Below, in pieces: positions 9,163-17,406 of a stretch of DNA of 64,000 nucleotides. How positions within the stretch are numbered: the stretch's first letter is position 1; each line of letters starts with the position of its first letter. The notes beneath the pieces are model-generated. The model was not told the DNA's origin, did not search any database, and was given only the letters and a program-made list of their open reading frames with translations. This DNA comes from Methanobacteriota archaeon (GTDB lineage Archaea; JAADCQ01; Methanopyri; Methanopyrales; Methanopyraceae). Position numbers and translations under genes: made by a program. The stretch is taken from assembly GCA_027064425.1 (NCBI GenBank), contig JAMOPO010000003.1:64001-128000 (forward strand), in the 5' to 3' direction.

Positions 9163-11891
9163 GACTCCCAGAATCTCCGCGTCCTCAGGTACTTGAGGCG
9201 CTCCTTCAGCAGCTCCCGGTAGAACTCCGGCTCCCGGCCGTCCGTGCGGGAGAGCACTCGAGCGGCCGTCTTGGGCCCGATCCCGGGCACGGCCAGCGCC
9301 TCCAGCGCCTTCTCGCCGTACGACTCGATCAGGTCGGCGACCTGGCGCCACTTGTCGCCGTCCAGCAGCTCCTTGAGCTTCTCCTTCGACTTGGCCGCGG
9401 CCAGGTAGCTGGCCCCGCACTCCGGGCACTCGATGCCGTCCTTTGCGACCCTCTCCACGCTTCTACGCCCCTTCCATCCGCAGTTCGGACAGCCGAGCCA
9501 CAGCTTGCGCCGGCGCAGGTCCCGCTTGAGCGTCTCGACCTGGGCCGCCAGCAGCCCGGAGGTGACCCGGCCGACCTCGCCCAGTCCCTCCAGCGCGTGC
9601 TCGGCGAACGGCGATGGGCTCCTCGACTCCACCACCACGGCTCGGTCGCGCAGCTCCCTCGCGAGCTCGTAGGCCCTCGACACGTCGAGCTCCCGCTCGA
9701 CCTCGCTCACGGTCTCGTAGTACGGCGGCGTCCCCTTGAAGGCCTTGAGCAGCCGGCGCGGGGAGACGTCCCGGTAGTCGGCGTCGGGCTCGATCGCTCC
9801 GAACCTCTTCAGGACGTGGACGAGCCGGCGCTTGAACACCTCCGACTTCTCGACGATCCTCAGGGTCAGTGCCCGGAAGTCGCTCTCCGAGTCGGGCAGG
9901 TTCTCCAGGCACTCTCGCAGGAGCTCGGCGCTGAGCCCCGCGGCCTTATCCGCCGAGATGACGATCTTGTACGGGGTCGAGTAGGTCCGCACGGCCGAGC
10001 CCGTCCGTCCTGACAGCAGGGCGCCGAGCACCTTCTCCAGCGTCTTGTTCGCCCTCGTCCCGCCGTAGACGTGGATCACGATCGTCCCACCGAGGTCCTC
10101 GATCACGGGCCGGCCGGGCAGCGGGACCTTCGAGACCTCCCGCTGCCGCTGCACGAGCTCCGCCACGACCTTAGCCTCCCGTCGATCGAGGCCGAAGACC
10201 TCCGCCGCCGTCTCGACCGCCTCCGTGAACCCGTCCTCGAGGCTCTCCGCCACGGCCCGGATCTTCTCGCCGACCTCCCGGGCGACCTCGTAAGGCACCG
10301 GGATCTCCTCGCCGACCCAGGACGGGATCGCGCCCTCCACGGCCTCCGCGGGCGTGACGACGACCTCGTACCGGTCGTGGTCCACGTCCTGCACGATCCA
10401 GGGCCGGCCCGCGCAGATGAACTTGACACCGGGCTTGAGGTACTCCAGCACGAACGGCTCGTCCAGAACGCTCACGTGCCCGTCGTTCTCCGTTACCACG
10501 CGGTAGTGCCGCTCGTCCGGGATCATGCTGAGGTTCGAGTAGTAGTACTTCCAGGCGTCCCGCGTCCGGTACACGCGGTCCCCGCGCAGCCGTATCACCT
10601 CGATCTCGTCGAGGAACTCGGCCACCTCCCGGAGCGTGTCCTCGTCCAGGTGCCGGTACGGGTAGGCCCGCCGGAAGACCTTGAGTGCGTAGTCGAGCGT
10701 CACCTCGTGCCCGTCCAGGCAGAGTCCTACGAGCTGGTGCGCCAGCACGTCGAGGCAGCGCTCCGGGATCTCCGTGGGCTCCAGCTCGCCCGCGGTCGCG
10801 CGCCGACAGATCACGGCAGCCTCCATCAGGTCGTCCGGGTTGCTCGTGATCACGAGCCCCTCCGCCCGCTTACGCCGCCGGCCCGCGCGCCCCACCCGCT
10901 GCACGAGGCGCGTAGCCTGGCGGGGCGAGCCGTACTGGATCACGAGGTCCACGTGGCCGATGTCGATACCCAGCTCCAGCGAGCTCGTGCACACGAGGAC
11001 GTCCAGCTCACCGTCCTTGAACCGCTTCTCCACCTCGGTCCGCCGGTCCCGCGAGATCGAGCTGTGGTGGATCTCCACCTCGATGTCATCGAACTCCGTC
11101 TTCAGCCGGGTGGCCAGCAGCTCGGCCATCTGCCGGGTGTTCGTGAAGACGAGCACGGACTCCCGCTCCTGCGCCAGCTCGTGGATCAGCTCCAACCGCT
11201 CCTTGACCTCGTGCGGACCGGTCGGATGCGCCACGGACACGTCCAGGTACCGCTCGGCCTCCACCTCCAGGACCTCGACGTCCCGGTCGCCCACCAGGAA
11301 GCGGCCCACGCGCTCCGGTGAGCCGACGGCCGCCGAGAGACCGATACGCTGGAAGTCACCCGCGATCTCGGCGAGGCGCTCCAGCCCGAGCGTCAGCTGA
11401 ACGCCGCGCTTGTCCAGGGCGAGCTCGTTCACCTCGTCCACGATCACGTGCCGCACGTGCGAGAGGTGCTCCTGCATGCGCTTGCCGGGCAGGATGGCCT
11501 GGAGGGTCTCCGGGGTCGTGATGAGCACGTCCGGCGGCTCCTCAGCCTGGCGCCGCCGCTCGCTCTCGGGCGTGTCGCCGTGGCGGACCGCGACCTCCAG
11601 CCCCAGCTTCTCACCCCACCACTTGATGCGGCGGAGGATGTCCCGGTTCAGGGCCCGGAGCGGGGTGATGTACAGCGCCTTGATCCCCGGCTCGTCCAGC
11701 TCCCGGACCATCGAGAACACCGGAAGTATCGCCGTCTCCGTTTTCCCGGAGCTGGTGGGGGCGATCACCAGCACGTTCTTCCCTTTCATTATCTCGGGGA
11801 TCGCGACCCGCTGCGGGGGCGTGGGCTCCTCAAACCTTGAGTACACGACCTCCTGAACGTCCTCCGGGAGCGCCTCGAATCCCTCCGCCAC
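9159..11891 (-). CDS. lhr: Lhr-family SF2 helicase with C-terminal Zn ribbon and HhH
   Basis: APTSSGKT, YITPLRALNRD, DEVNEL..KRG, TSSLELGIDIG, QRVGRAG, IPSWVGE, CxxC...CxxC. Confidence 0.92.
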   Translation of the reverse strand: MAEGFEALPEDVQEVVYSRFEEPTPPQRVAIPEIMKGKNVLVIAPTSSGKTETAILPVFSMVRELDEPGIKALYITPLRALNRDILRRIKWWGEKLGLEVAVRHGDTPESERRRQAEEPPDVLITTPETLQAILPGKRMQEHLSHVRHVIVDEVNELALDKRGVQLTLGLERLAEIAGDFQRIGLSAAVGSPERVGRFLVGDRDVEVLEVEAERYLDVSVAHPTGPHEVKERLELIHELAQERESVLVFTNTRQMAELLATRLKTEFDDIEVEIHHSSISRDRRTEVEKRFKDGELDVLVCTSSLELGIDIGHVDLVIQYGSPRQATRLVQRVGRAGRRRKRAEGLVITSNPDDLMEAAVICRRATAGELEPTEIPERCLDVLAHQLVGLCLDGHEVTLDYALKVFRRAYPYRHLDEDTLREVAEFLDEIEVIRLRGDRVYRTRDAWKYYYSNLSMIPDERHYRVVTENDGHVSVLDEPFVLEYLKPGVKFICAGRPWIVQDVDHDRYEVVVTPAEAVEGAIPSWVGEEIPVPYEVAREVGEKIRAVAESLEDGFTEAVETAAEVFGLDRREAKVVAELVQRQREVSKVPLPGRPVIEDLGGTIVIHVYGGTRANKTLEKVLGALLSGRTGSAVRTYSTPYKIVISADKAAGLSAELLRECLENLPDSESDFRALTLRIVEKSEVFKRRLVHVLKRFGAIEPDADYRDVSPRRLLKAFKGTPPYYETVSEVERELDVSRAYELARELRDRAVVVESRSPSPFAEHALEGLGEVGRVTSGLLAAQVETLKRDLRRRKLWLGCPNCGWKGRRSVERVAKDGIECPECGASYLAAAKSKEKLKELLDGDKWRQVADLIESYGEKALEALAVPGIGPKTAARVLSRTDGREPEFYRELLKERLKYLRTRRFWES

Positions 11892-11937
11892 TTCCCCACC
11901 ACCCCCATCAAACCGTTCCAGCGCCGGGGCCCGGGCG

Positions 11938-13380
11938 TTGAGGTTCAGCGCCGCCCTGATCTACCCGGCCAAGCCGGAGGACATGAACCTGGGTACCGAC
12001 GACCTGTACCGGGCCGCGCGCCGGGCCCTCGAGCGGGTGACGGCGGGCGAAGCCGACCCCGGGGAGTTCCTCTCGGAGCGCCCGGACGTGGTCCTTGATT
12101 TCATCGTCAGGGAAGAAGGGCACTCAGAGGACGAGGTCTTGTTCATTCCGTTGGGTTACCGACGCATCGGGCACGAGCGCGGGTACCACCCGAAGGACAC
12201 GGAGTACTGCGCCCGACTTCTGGCCGAGTACGTCCGTCAGGTGTGGGGGTTCCGCGTGGAGGACCCAATCATCGTCCAGGGAGATCCCAACGACTTCAGC
12301 GTCTTCCGCGACGTGGAGTCGGTGCTCAAAAACCTTAGCGAGCGATCCGAGCTGAGGGGGAGCGAGGTCTACGCGGTGCTCGACACGGACACCTACCTGG
12401 AGTGGGCCGTGAGGCTCATCGGCGCCTCACTCTGGCGGGAGTTCCACGCGGTGCGCGTCGAGGGGGAGGAGATCAAGACGGAGCCGTCCCCGCTGATCTT
12501 GCCGGCCAAGATCATGAAGGACGTCCTCACTGAGCACGGCCTCTTCGAGGTCGCCGCCAACATCGCCGAGCAGTTCTCCGCGTACGACGACTCGGCCGAG
12601 CCCGACTACCTCCGGGCCCGGGACTGCGAGCTCAACTTTAACTACGACGAGGCCCTCGAGAAGTACCGCCGCGTCGTCCGATCGGCCCGGCTGGAGCGGC
12701 TCAGGCACGACGCCAGGCGCCGGCTCCGGAGGCTGGAGCGCACCCGCGACGACCCGCTGGCCCGCATCACCCATCACATGCAGGTCATCCTCGAGAGCGC
12801 CCGTTACCAGTGGATTCGAGGCGAGTACGGCGACTTCATCCTCCGGATGACCATGTTCCACGAGAACTACGCCCAGGCCGCCTACGCGGTGCTGCACCGA
12901 ACGCTCGCCGACGGGCCGGTCGAGGACACCGACCCCGAGCACCTGGCGCGGCTGATGGCCGACCTGCTCGAGAGCGACGAGGAGCTCCGGGACGAGGTCC
13001 TCCGGGGCCTCCACGACGGGGATTCAGAGTCGGTCCTCCGAGAGCTGCGCGGGGAGGAGGGTAGGGGCAGAGCCGTGCTCACGTTCCTCCTGCTGGTTCC
13101 CAAGGTGGTGTCCGCCGCGATTCGGCTCCGGAGAGTAAAGGAGGACGTCTTCGGACCGATCATGGACAGGCTCAAGGCGCTCTCCTGCTCAAAGCTCAGG
13201 GAGCTGAGGCACGCCTTCGTCCACCAGGGACGCGGGGTCTCGCGCCGAGACGTCGACCGGATCATTAAGGAGATGTCCAGGAGCACCCGGCGGGAGCTTC
13301 GGAGCGTCGGTGACCTGCTGGAGTACCTTAGGGAGGGGATCGACGCCATCGAGCGGGCGGTGCGGGAGGGGGAGGAATGA
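11938..13380 (+). CDS. Putative Csm6-like CARF-6H-HEPN ribonuclease
   Basis: CARF-like KDTEYCA..L...IIVQGDPNDF, helical middle region GEYGDFILR..FHE, HEPN motif RHAFVH. Confidence 0.6.
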   Translation: MRFSAALIYPAKPEDMNLGTDDLYRAARRALERVTAGEADPGEFLSERPDVVLDFIVREEGHSEDEVLFIPLGYRRIGHERGYHPKDTEYCARLLAEYVRQVWGFRVEDPIIVQGDPNDFSVFRDVESVLKNLSERSELRGSEVYAVLDTDTYLEWAVRLIGASLWREFHAVRVEGEEIKTEPSPLILPAKIMKDVLTEHGLFEVAANIAEQFSAYDDSAEPDYLRARDCELNFNYDEALEKYRRVVRSARLERLRHDARRRLRRLERTRDDPLARITHHMQVILESARYQWIRGEYGDFILRMTMFHENYAQAAYAVLHRTLADGPVEDTDPEHLARLMADLLESDEELRDEVLRGLHDGDSESVLRELRGEEGRGRAVLTFLLLVPKVVSAAIRLRRVKEDVFGPIMDRLKALSCSKLRELRHAFVHQGRGVSRRDVDRIIKEMSRSTRRELRSVGDLLEYLREGIDAIERAVREGEE

Positions 13381-14219
13381 CGTCTCGGTCCCTCGAGGTC
13401 GTGTTCCTGGGGACCGGGGGCGCGGTCGCCTCCCGCGACCGTAACCACCCCGGGATACTGGTCAAGCACGGAGGGACTAAGCTTCTGATCGACTGCGGTG
13501 AGAACGTGCAGCGCCAGGCGCTCCGGTACGGGGAGTCCCTTCACGACCTGGACGCCGTGCTGGTAACGCACCACCACACGGATCACGTGGCGGGGATCCC
13601 GCCGCTCGTCACCACCCTGGACATGCTGCACGACCGGAGGGTGCGTGTCCACGGGCCACCGACGGAGGGAGACGAGGCCGTGGACGTGACCGAGCTGGAT
13701 CAGGTGGAGTACAGGGAGGTTGAGCCGGGCGACGAGCTGAGGATCGGCGACCTCACCGTGCGCGTGTACGAGTCCGAGCACGCGGTTCCAACCGTCAGCT
13801 ACCGCATCGAGACGCCCAAGATCCCGGGAAAGGCCGACCCGGAGCTGATCAAGGAGGTGCCGCCGGAGGAGCGCCGCAGGGTTCTGCTGGAGGGAGAGCA
13901 CCCCTACGTGATCACCCGGCCGGGCAAGATCGCGGTCTACGTCACCGGCGACGGTAGGCCCGCGGACCCGGAGAACGTGCGCGGTTGCCAGCTGCTGATC
14001 CATGAGTCCTGCTTCGCTGACGAGGAGGACGCTCGCCGGTACTCGCACTCCACGCCTCGAGAGGCGGCTGAGGTGGCCCGGGAGGCCGGCGTGGAGCTGC
14101 TCGTGCTCACGCACCTGTCCCCAAAGGTGGAGGAGGAAGAGGCGCTTCGGCAGGCTCGGGAGGTCTTCCCGAACACGCTCGTGGCCGGCGAAGGGATGAG
14201 GGTGAGGGTGCGGAGGTAG
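13377..14219 (+). CDS. rnz: Ribonuclease Z
   Basis: FLGTGG, DCGE, THHHTDH, TGD, LIHES, HST, LTHLS. Confidence 0.9.
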   Translation: MTSRSLEVVFLGTGGAVASRDRNHPGILVKHGGTKLLIDCGENVQRQALRYGESLHDLDAVLVTHHHTDHVAGIPPLVTTLDMLHDRRVRVHGPPTEGDEAVDVTELDQVEYREVEPGDELRIGDLTVRVYESEHAVPTVSYRIETPKIPGKADPELIKEVPPEERRRVLLEGEHPYVITRPGKIAVYVTGDGRPADPENVRGCQLLIHESCFADEEDARRYSHSTPREAAEVAREAGVELLVLTHLSPKVEEEEALRQAREVFPNTLVAGEGMRVRVRR

Positions 14220-14279
14220 CCGTCGGCTACGGCCACACTCCGCATCACTGCTCGGGGTCCCGGCTGTCTCCTCATCCGG
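14220..14279 (-). ncRNA. Box C/D sRNA
   Basis: Minus strand reads ccg-GATGA-ggagacagccgggacc-CCGA-gca-GTGATGC-ggagtgtggccgtag-CCGA-cgg, with a terminal stem. Confidence 0.8.
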
Positions 14280-14280
14280 T

Positions 14281-15234
14281 CTACCCGACCAGTCCCCGGT
14301 CCGTCAGCTTCACTTTTACCTCAAACGGTGGCTTGTCGGGCGCGTCCTCGAGCGCGATCACTCGCTCCGTCCGGCCCTTGAACTCGATGCTGAACCGGTA
14401 GGTGGCGATGTGCTTCAGCACGGTGGGTGCCACGTCCTGCCACCGCTTACCGAACGCGTCCGGGTTCGCCTGCACGTGCGTCGTCACCAGGCCCAGCGCG
14501 TTGTTCCGGGTGCAGTACTTCAGCAGCGAGTTCAGGATCCTGGCCACCATCCTCGAGCGCTCCGGCAGCTTGTCGCGGGCTCCGTAGGGCCGGAACGGCT
14601 GCGAGATTGAATCGATCACGACGACCTTCGGGGACAGCTCCAGCGCCTCGCTGACGAACTCGCCCTCCTCTTCGTCGAAGTACTGCGTCAGGGCCGCCGC
14701 CTCCACGATCTGGCGCAGCACGAACCGGTCACCGATCTTCTTCTTCACGTCGTCCTCGTCGAACCCTCCGATCTCGAGCAGCCGCTGCGGACTGAACGCG
14801 TTCTCGGTGTCGATGTACAGCACCGACTCGCCCTCCTTCAGCACCCGGGCCGCCACCTGCATCGCGAACTGAGACTTGCCCGCGCCCGGCGGCCCGTAGA
14901 TGCCCACGATCGTCTTGGTCGGCAGCCCACCACCCATCTGCTCGTCGAAGCTGTCGATGCCGGTCGGGATGACGTCCCGCTCCGCCTCCTCCTCCATCAG
15001 CTCCGCCAGCGTCTTTGGCTCCGCGATACCCTTGCTCGCCTCCTTCCTCGCGTCCCGGACGATGTTCTTCGCCGTCTTCTCGCTGATCCCGAACGCCTCG
15101 GCGATCTCGCTCGGCTGCGAGGCGGCCAGGTCGTTCAGCGTCTCGATGCCCAGCGTCTCGTAGATCTCCTCGATCTGATCCTCGCTACGCCTCAGGTAGC
15201 GCGAGGTGACCTTCACAACGTCCTCCTCGACCAT
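14281..15234 (-). CDS. Divergent full-length RadA paralog
   Basis: N-terminal HhH domain, GPPGAGKSQ, YIDTENAF, VIDSI, QANPDAF, RadA-like C-terminus EDAPDKP...TDRGL. Confidence 0.85.
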   Translation of the reverse strand: MVEEDVVKVTSRYLRRSEDQIEEIYETLGIETLNDLAASQPSEIAEAFGISEKTAKNIVRDARKEASKGIAEPKTLAELMEEEAERDVIPTGIDSFDEQMGGGLPTKTIVGIYGPPGAGKSQFAMQVAARVLKEGESVLYIDTENAFSPQRLLEIGGFDEDDVKKKIGDRFVLRQIVEAAALTQYFDEEEGEFVSEALELSPKVVVIDSISQPFRPYGARDKLPERSRMVARILNSLLKYCTRNNALGLVTTHVQANPDAFGKRWQDVAPTVLKHIATYRFSIEFKGRTERVIALEDAPDKPPFEVKVKLTDRGLVG

Positions 15235-15268
15235 GACCCGTCACCCCCGCCCGGGGGCTTTTCCCGGA

Positions 15269-15337
15269 GATATTAAGCTTACCTCCGGTTGCGCCGGGGG
15301 CTGATATCAGCATCAGAAAGGTAAAAAACTATGAATA
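15269..15337. promoter_or_regulatory. Divergent promoter region with a central 12-bp palindrome
   Basis: TTAATA on the minus strand (~15271-15276), GCTGATATCAGC at 15300-15311, A-rich AAAAAACTATGAATA at 15323-15337 on the plus strand. Confidence 0.5.
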
Positions 15338-15367
15338 GAGCGACCCAGTCAATGACGCGTGCGCCCA

Positions 15368-15817
15368 CCTGACGGCCAACGCTCGCGTCAGGCGAGTCTT
15401 CCCCGCACACGCCTCGCCCCGAACCGCGAACCTCCGGCCGGCCAGCGTCCGCCACGTAGCCGCAGCGCGGTTTCCACGGCTTCGGAGGGGGACACCGGCG
15501 GGCCGGCCACCAGTACGGGCGGGAGCGCGCCCCGTGGCGCGGATCGGCGCCGACACGCTCTGAAGTCGTGCCACTAGTGCGAGGCCGGCAGGCTTTCGGG
15601 TGGCACTCGACCAGGGACCGCTCCCCGAGCCCCTCTCGTCAAGGCAACACGCACGCTGGTGTGGGTCGTGTGGCCGGGCAGGTCTCGGCGACGTCAGTAC
15701 GCGCCACGATCACCCGCGCGGCTCCGCCCGCAGAAGTTCAAAAACGACGAAAGGCGGTCGTCCGGTGGGTGGCGTCCGGTCACGCCGGCGGCCGCGCACG
15801 CGCGTTGGTCGTCAAGG
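15368..15817 (+). ncRNA. Candidate large structured ncRNA of unknown family
   Basis: No credible ORF; terminal 13-bp helix 15370-15382/15802-15814 plus several nested helices. Confidence 0.4.
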
Positions 15818-15841
15818 AGGGGAACGGCCCGCGCCCTTCCG

Positions 15842-15903
15842 CCGGGGATGAGGAACCTTTAGGCCACGGACGTGATGAAGACCGGTGCCGCTAGCCGACC
15901 CGG
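15842..15903 (+). ncRNA. Box C/D sRNA (first of a tandem pair)
   Basis: ccggg-GATGA-ggaacctttaggcca-CGGA-cg-TGATGA-agaccggtgccgctag-CCGA-cccgg. Confidence 0.8.
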
Positions 15904-15958
15904 CGATGAGGAACCATTCGGGCCCTGATCGAGTGATGAGGGGCAGGCGTACCGAGCC
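15902..15958 (+). ncRNA. Box C/D sRNA (second of a tandem pair)
   Basis: ggc-GATGA-ggaaccattcgggcc-CTGA-tcga-GTGATGA-ggggcaggcgta-CCGA-gcc. Confidence 0.85.
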
Positions 15959-16038
15959 CTCAGTTGCAGCCGTGCCGGTCATCGGCGTCAGCCTCACCCA
16001 ATGGGACCTCCCTCCTCATCGGCGTGGGGCCACCCCAC

Positions 16039-17322
16039 ATGCCCGGGGCGAGAACCCGTCGCTTCCATCGGGACCTGTACCTGGTTGAACCGGAGGCCGA
16101 CACCCTACCCGTGTTCCCGGGCGCCCTCTACGTGGCCAGGCCGCCCAGGGAGGAGGGGATTCGAGAGCTCCCAGAGACGGAGGATGAGCGCGGGAACGCC
16201 GTCCGCCCGTTCGTAGCGCTCGTTGACGGGCCCGTCGATGACCAGGTGAACGTGGACGGTGAGACTCTGAGAGTGCACCCCGAGGCCGTGATTCACCAGG
16301 ACCCTGACCAGCCCCTGGTCCTGACCGGCGTCGAGCGGGAGGGCGAGTACCTGGTCACCGCGGGCCTCCCGCTGAGAGCCTACCTCATGGCCCGGGAGTA
16401 CGCTCGCTGCGGGGCTCCCAGCCCGCACGACCTGTTTGAGGCGTTTTCGGTCCTCTACGACCCGATCATGGCGGCCGCCCTCACCCTGAACGTCCGCGGC
16501 CACGTGATGCTGCTGGGTGACTCCGGGACCCGCGAGCACGCTCTGCTCTACACCACGCCCCCGGACGAGCCCGGACCCACCCACGTCCCCGCCCCGGAGT
16601 GCACGCCCCGGGACGCGTCCGGGGCCCCGATCCATGCCCTGGGCGATCGCCCACCGGAGCTCTCGCGCCGGGAGTACTCGGACCTGCTCTCCCGGCTGCA
16701 GGTGATCGGCGGGATCCCGGAGCCTCCGGAGGTCGACGAGCGGACGCTGAGGACCATCCACGAGAGGGTGCGAGGTTGGCTCGTGGTGGCCAGCTCCATG
16801 CACTACCTGCGAACGATGCGGGAGGCGGAGGAGGCGGGTCGGCTGGTCGCCGAGGTGCTCAAGGACCGGAAGCTGCGTCGGGACCTGGCTGACGCCCACA
16901 AGCGGGCCGTGAGGGCGCTGGGCGTCCGTTACCCCACCCCGGCTTACACGCCCGACGCCCGAGTCCGGTGGGCCCGGGAGCTGGCCGGCATGGGCGGAGG
17001 CCGGGTCGTGGTCAAGGTCCTGGACTTCGCGAAGCGGGTCGCGCGCTCGCGGCTGCTGCTTCGGCTCTGGTCGGTGGCGGAGTCAGTCGTGCACCTGGGT
17101 GGACCGGAGGCCTGCGTCGACCTGGTGGAGATGGCGTACAGCTACACCGAGCACGACCCGCCCTCCGAGTACCCCCGGATCCTGCTGGCGCCCTGGCTGC
17201 ACGCGCTGGGTGACCCGTTCTACCGCCGGCTGGAGCGGGAGACCGTCCCGCCACCGAAGCTGGAGCTAGTGAGCGAGCCCGACCCGGAGGACCTCCTGAC
17301 CGAGTACGACAAACTGTTGTAG
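16039..17322 (+). CDS. Hypothetical protein, probable highly degenerate MCM-like paralog
   Basis: RGHVMLLGDSGTREHALLY resembles MCM HVLLVGDPGTAKSQLL; lid-like segment PAYTPDAR...FAKRVARSRL. Confidence 0.5.
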   Translation: MPGARTRRFHRDLYLVEPEADTLPVFPGALYVARPPREEGIRELPETEDERGNAVRPFVALVDGPVDDQVNVDGETLRVHPEAVIHQDPDQPLVLTGVEREGEYLVTAGLPLRAYLMAREYARCGAPSPHDLFEAFSVLYDPIMAAALTLNVRGHVMLLGDSGTREHALLYTTPPDEPGPTHVPAPECTPRDASGAPIHALGDRPPELSRREYSDLLSRLQVIGGIPEPPEVDERTLRTIHERVRGWLVVASSMHYLRTMREAEEAGRLVAEVLKDRKLRRDLADAHKRAVRALGVRYPTPAYTPDARVRWARELAGMGGGRVVVKVLDFAKRVARSRLLLRLWSVAESVVHLGGPEACVDLVEMAYSYTEHDPPSEYPRILLAPWLHALGDPFYRRLERETVPPPKLELVSEPDPEDLLTEYDKLL

Positions 17323-17323
17323 G

Positions 17324-17391
17324 GGCTCGGCGATGAGCCGCCCTGTCATCGGCCTCATCGGGCCTCCACAGCGCGGGACTTTCATCACGGC
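17324..17391 (-). ncRNA. Probable box C/D sRNA
   Basis: Minus strand reads GTGATGA-aagtcccgcgctg...CGATGA-cagggcggctcatcg-CCGA; the D' box is ambiguous. Confidence 0.55.
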
Positions 17392-17406
17392 GCGGGGTAC
17401 GCGGCG

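Noticed and set aside
15738-15760. AACGACGAA resembling the tmRNA tag ANDE
   Set aside because: There are no tRNA-like ends and no short AA-stop tag frame, so this is likely chance.
15368-15817. MITE interpretation of the terminal inverted repeats, or RNase P RNA
   Set aside because: There is no target-site duplication or second copy, the mismatch is G-U compatible, and I found no RNase P P4 signature on either strand.
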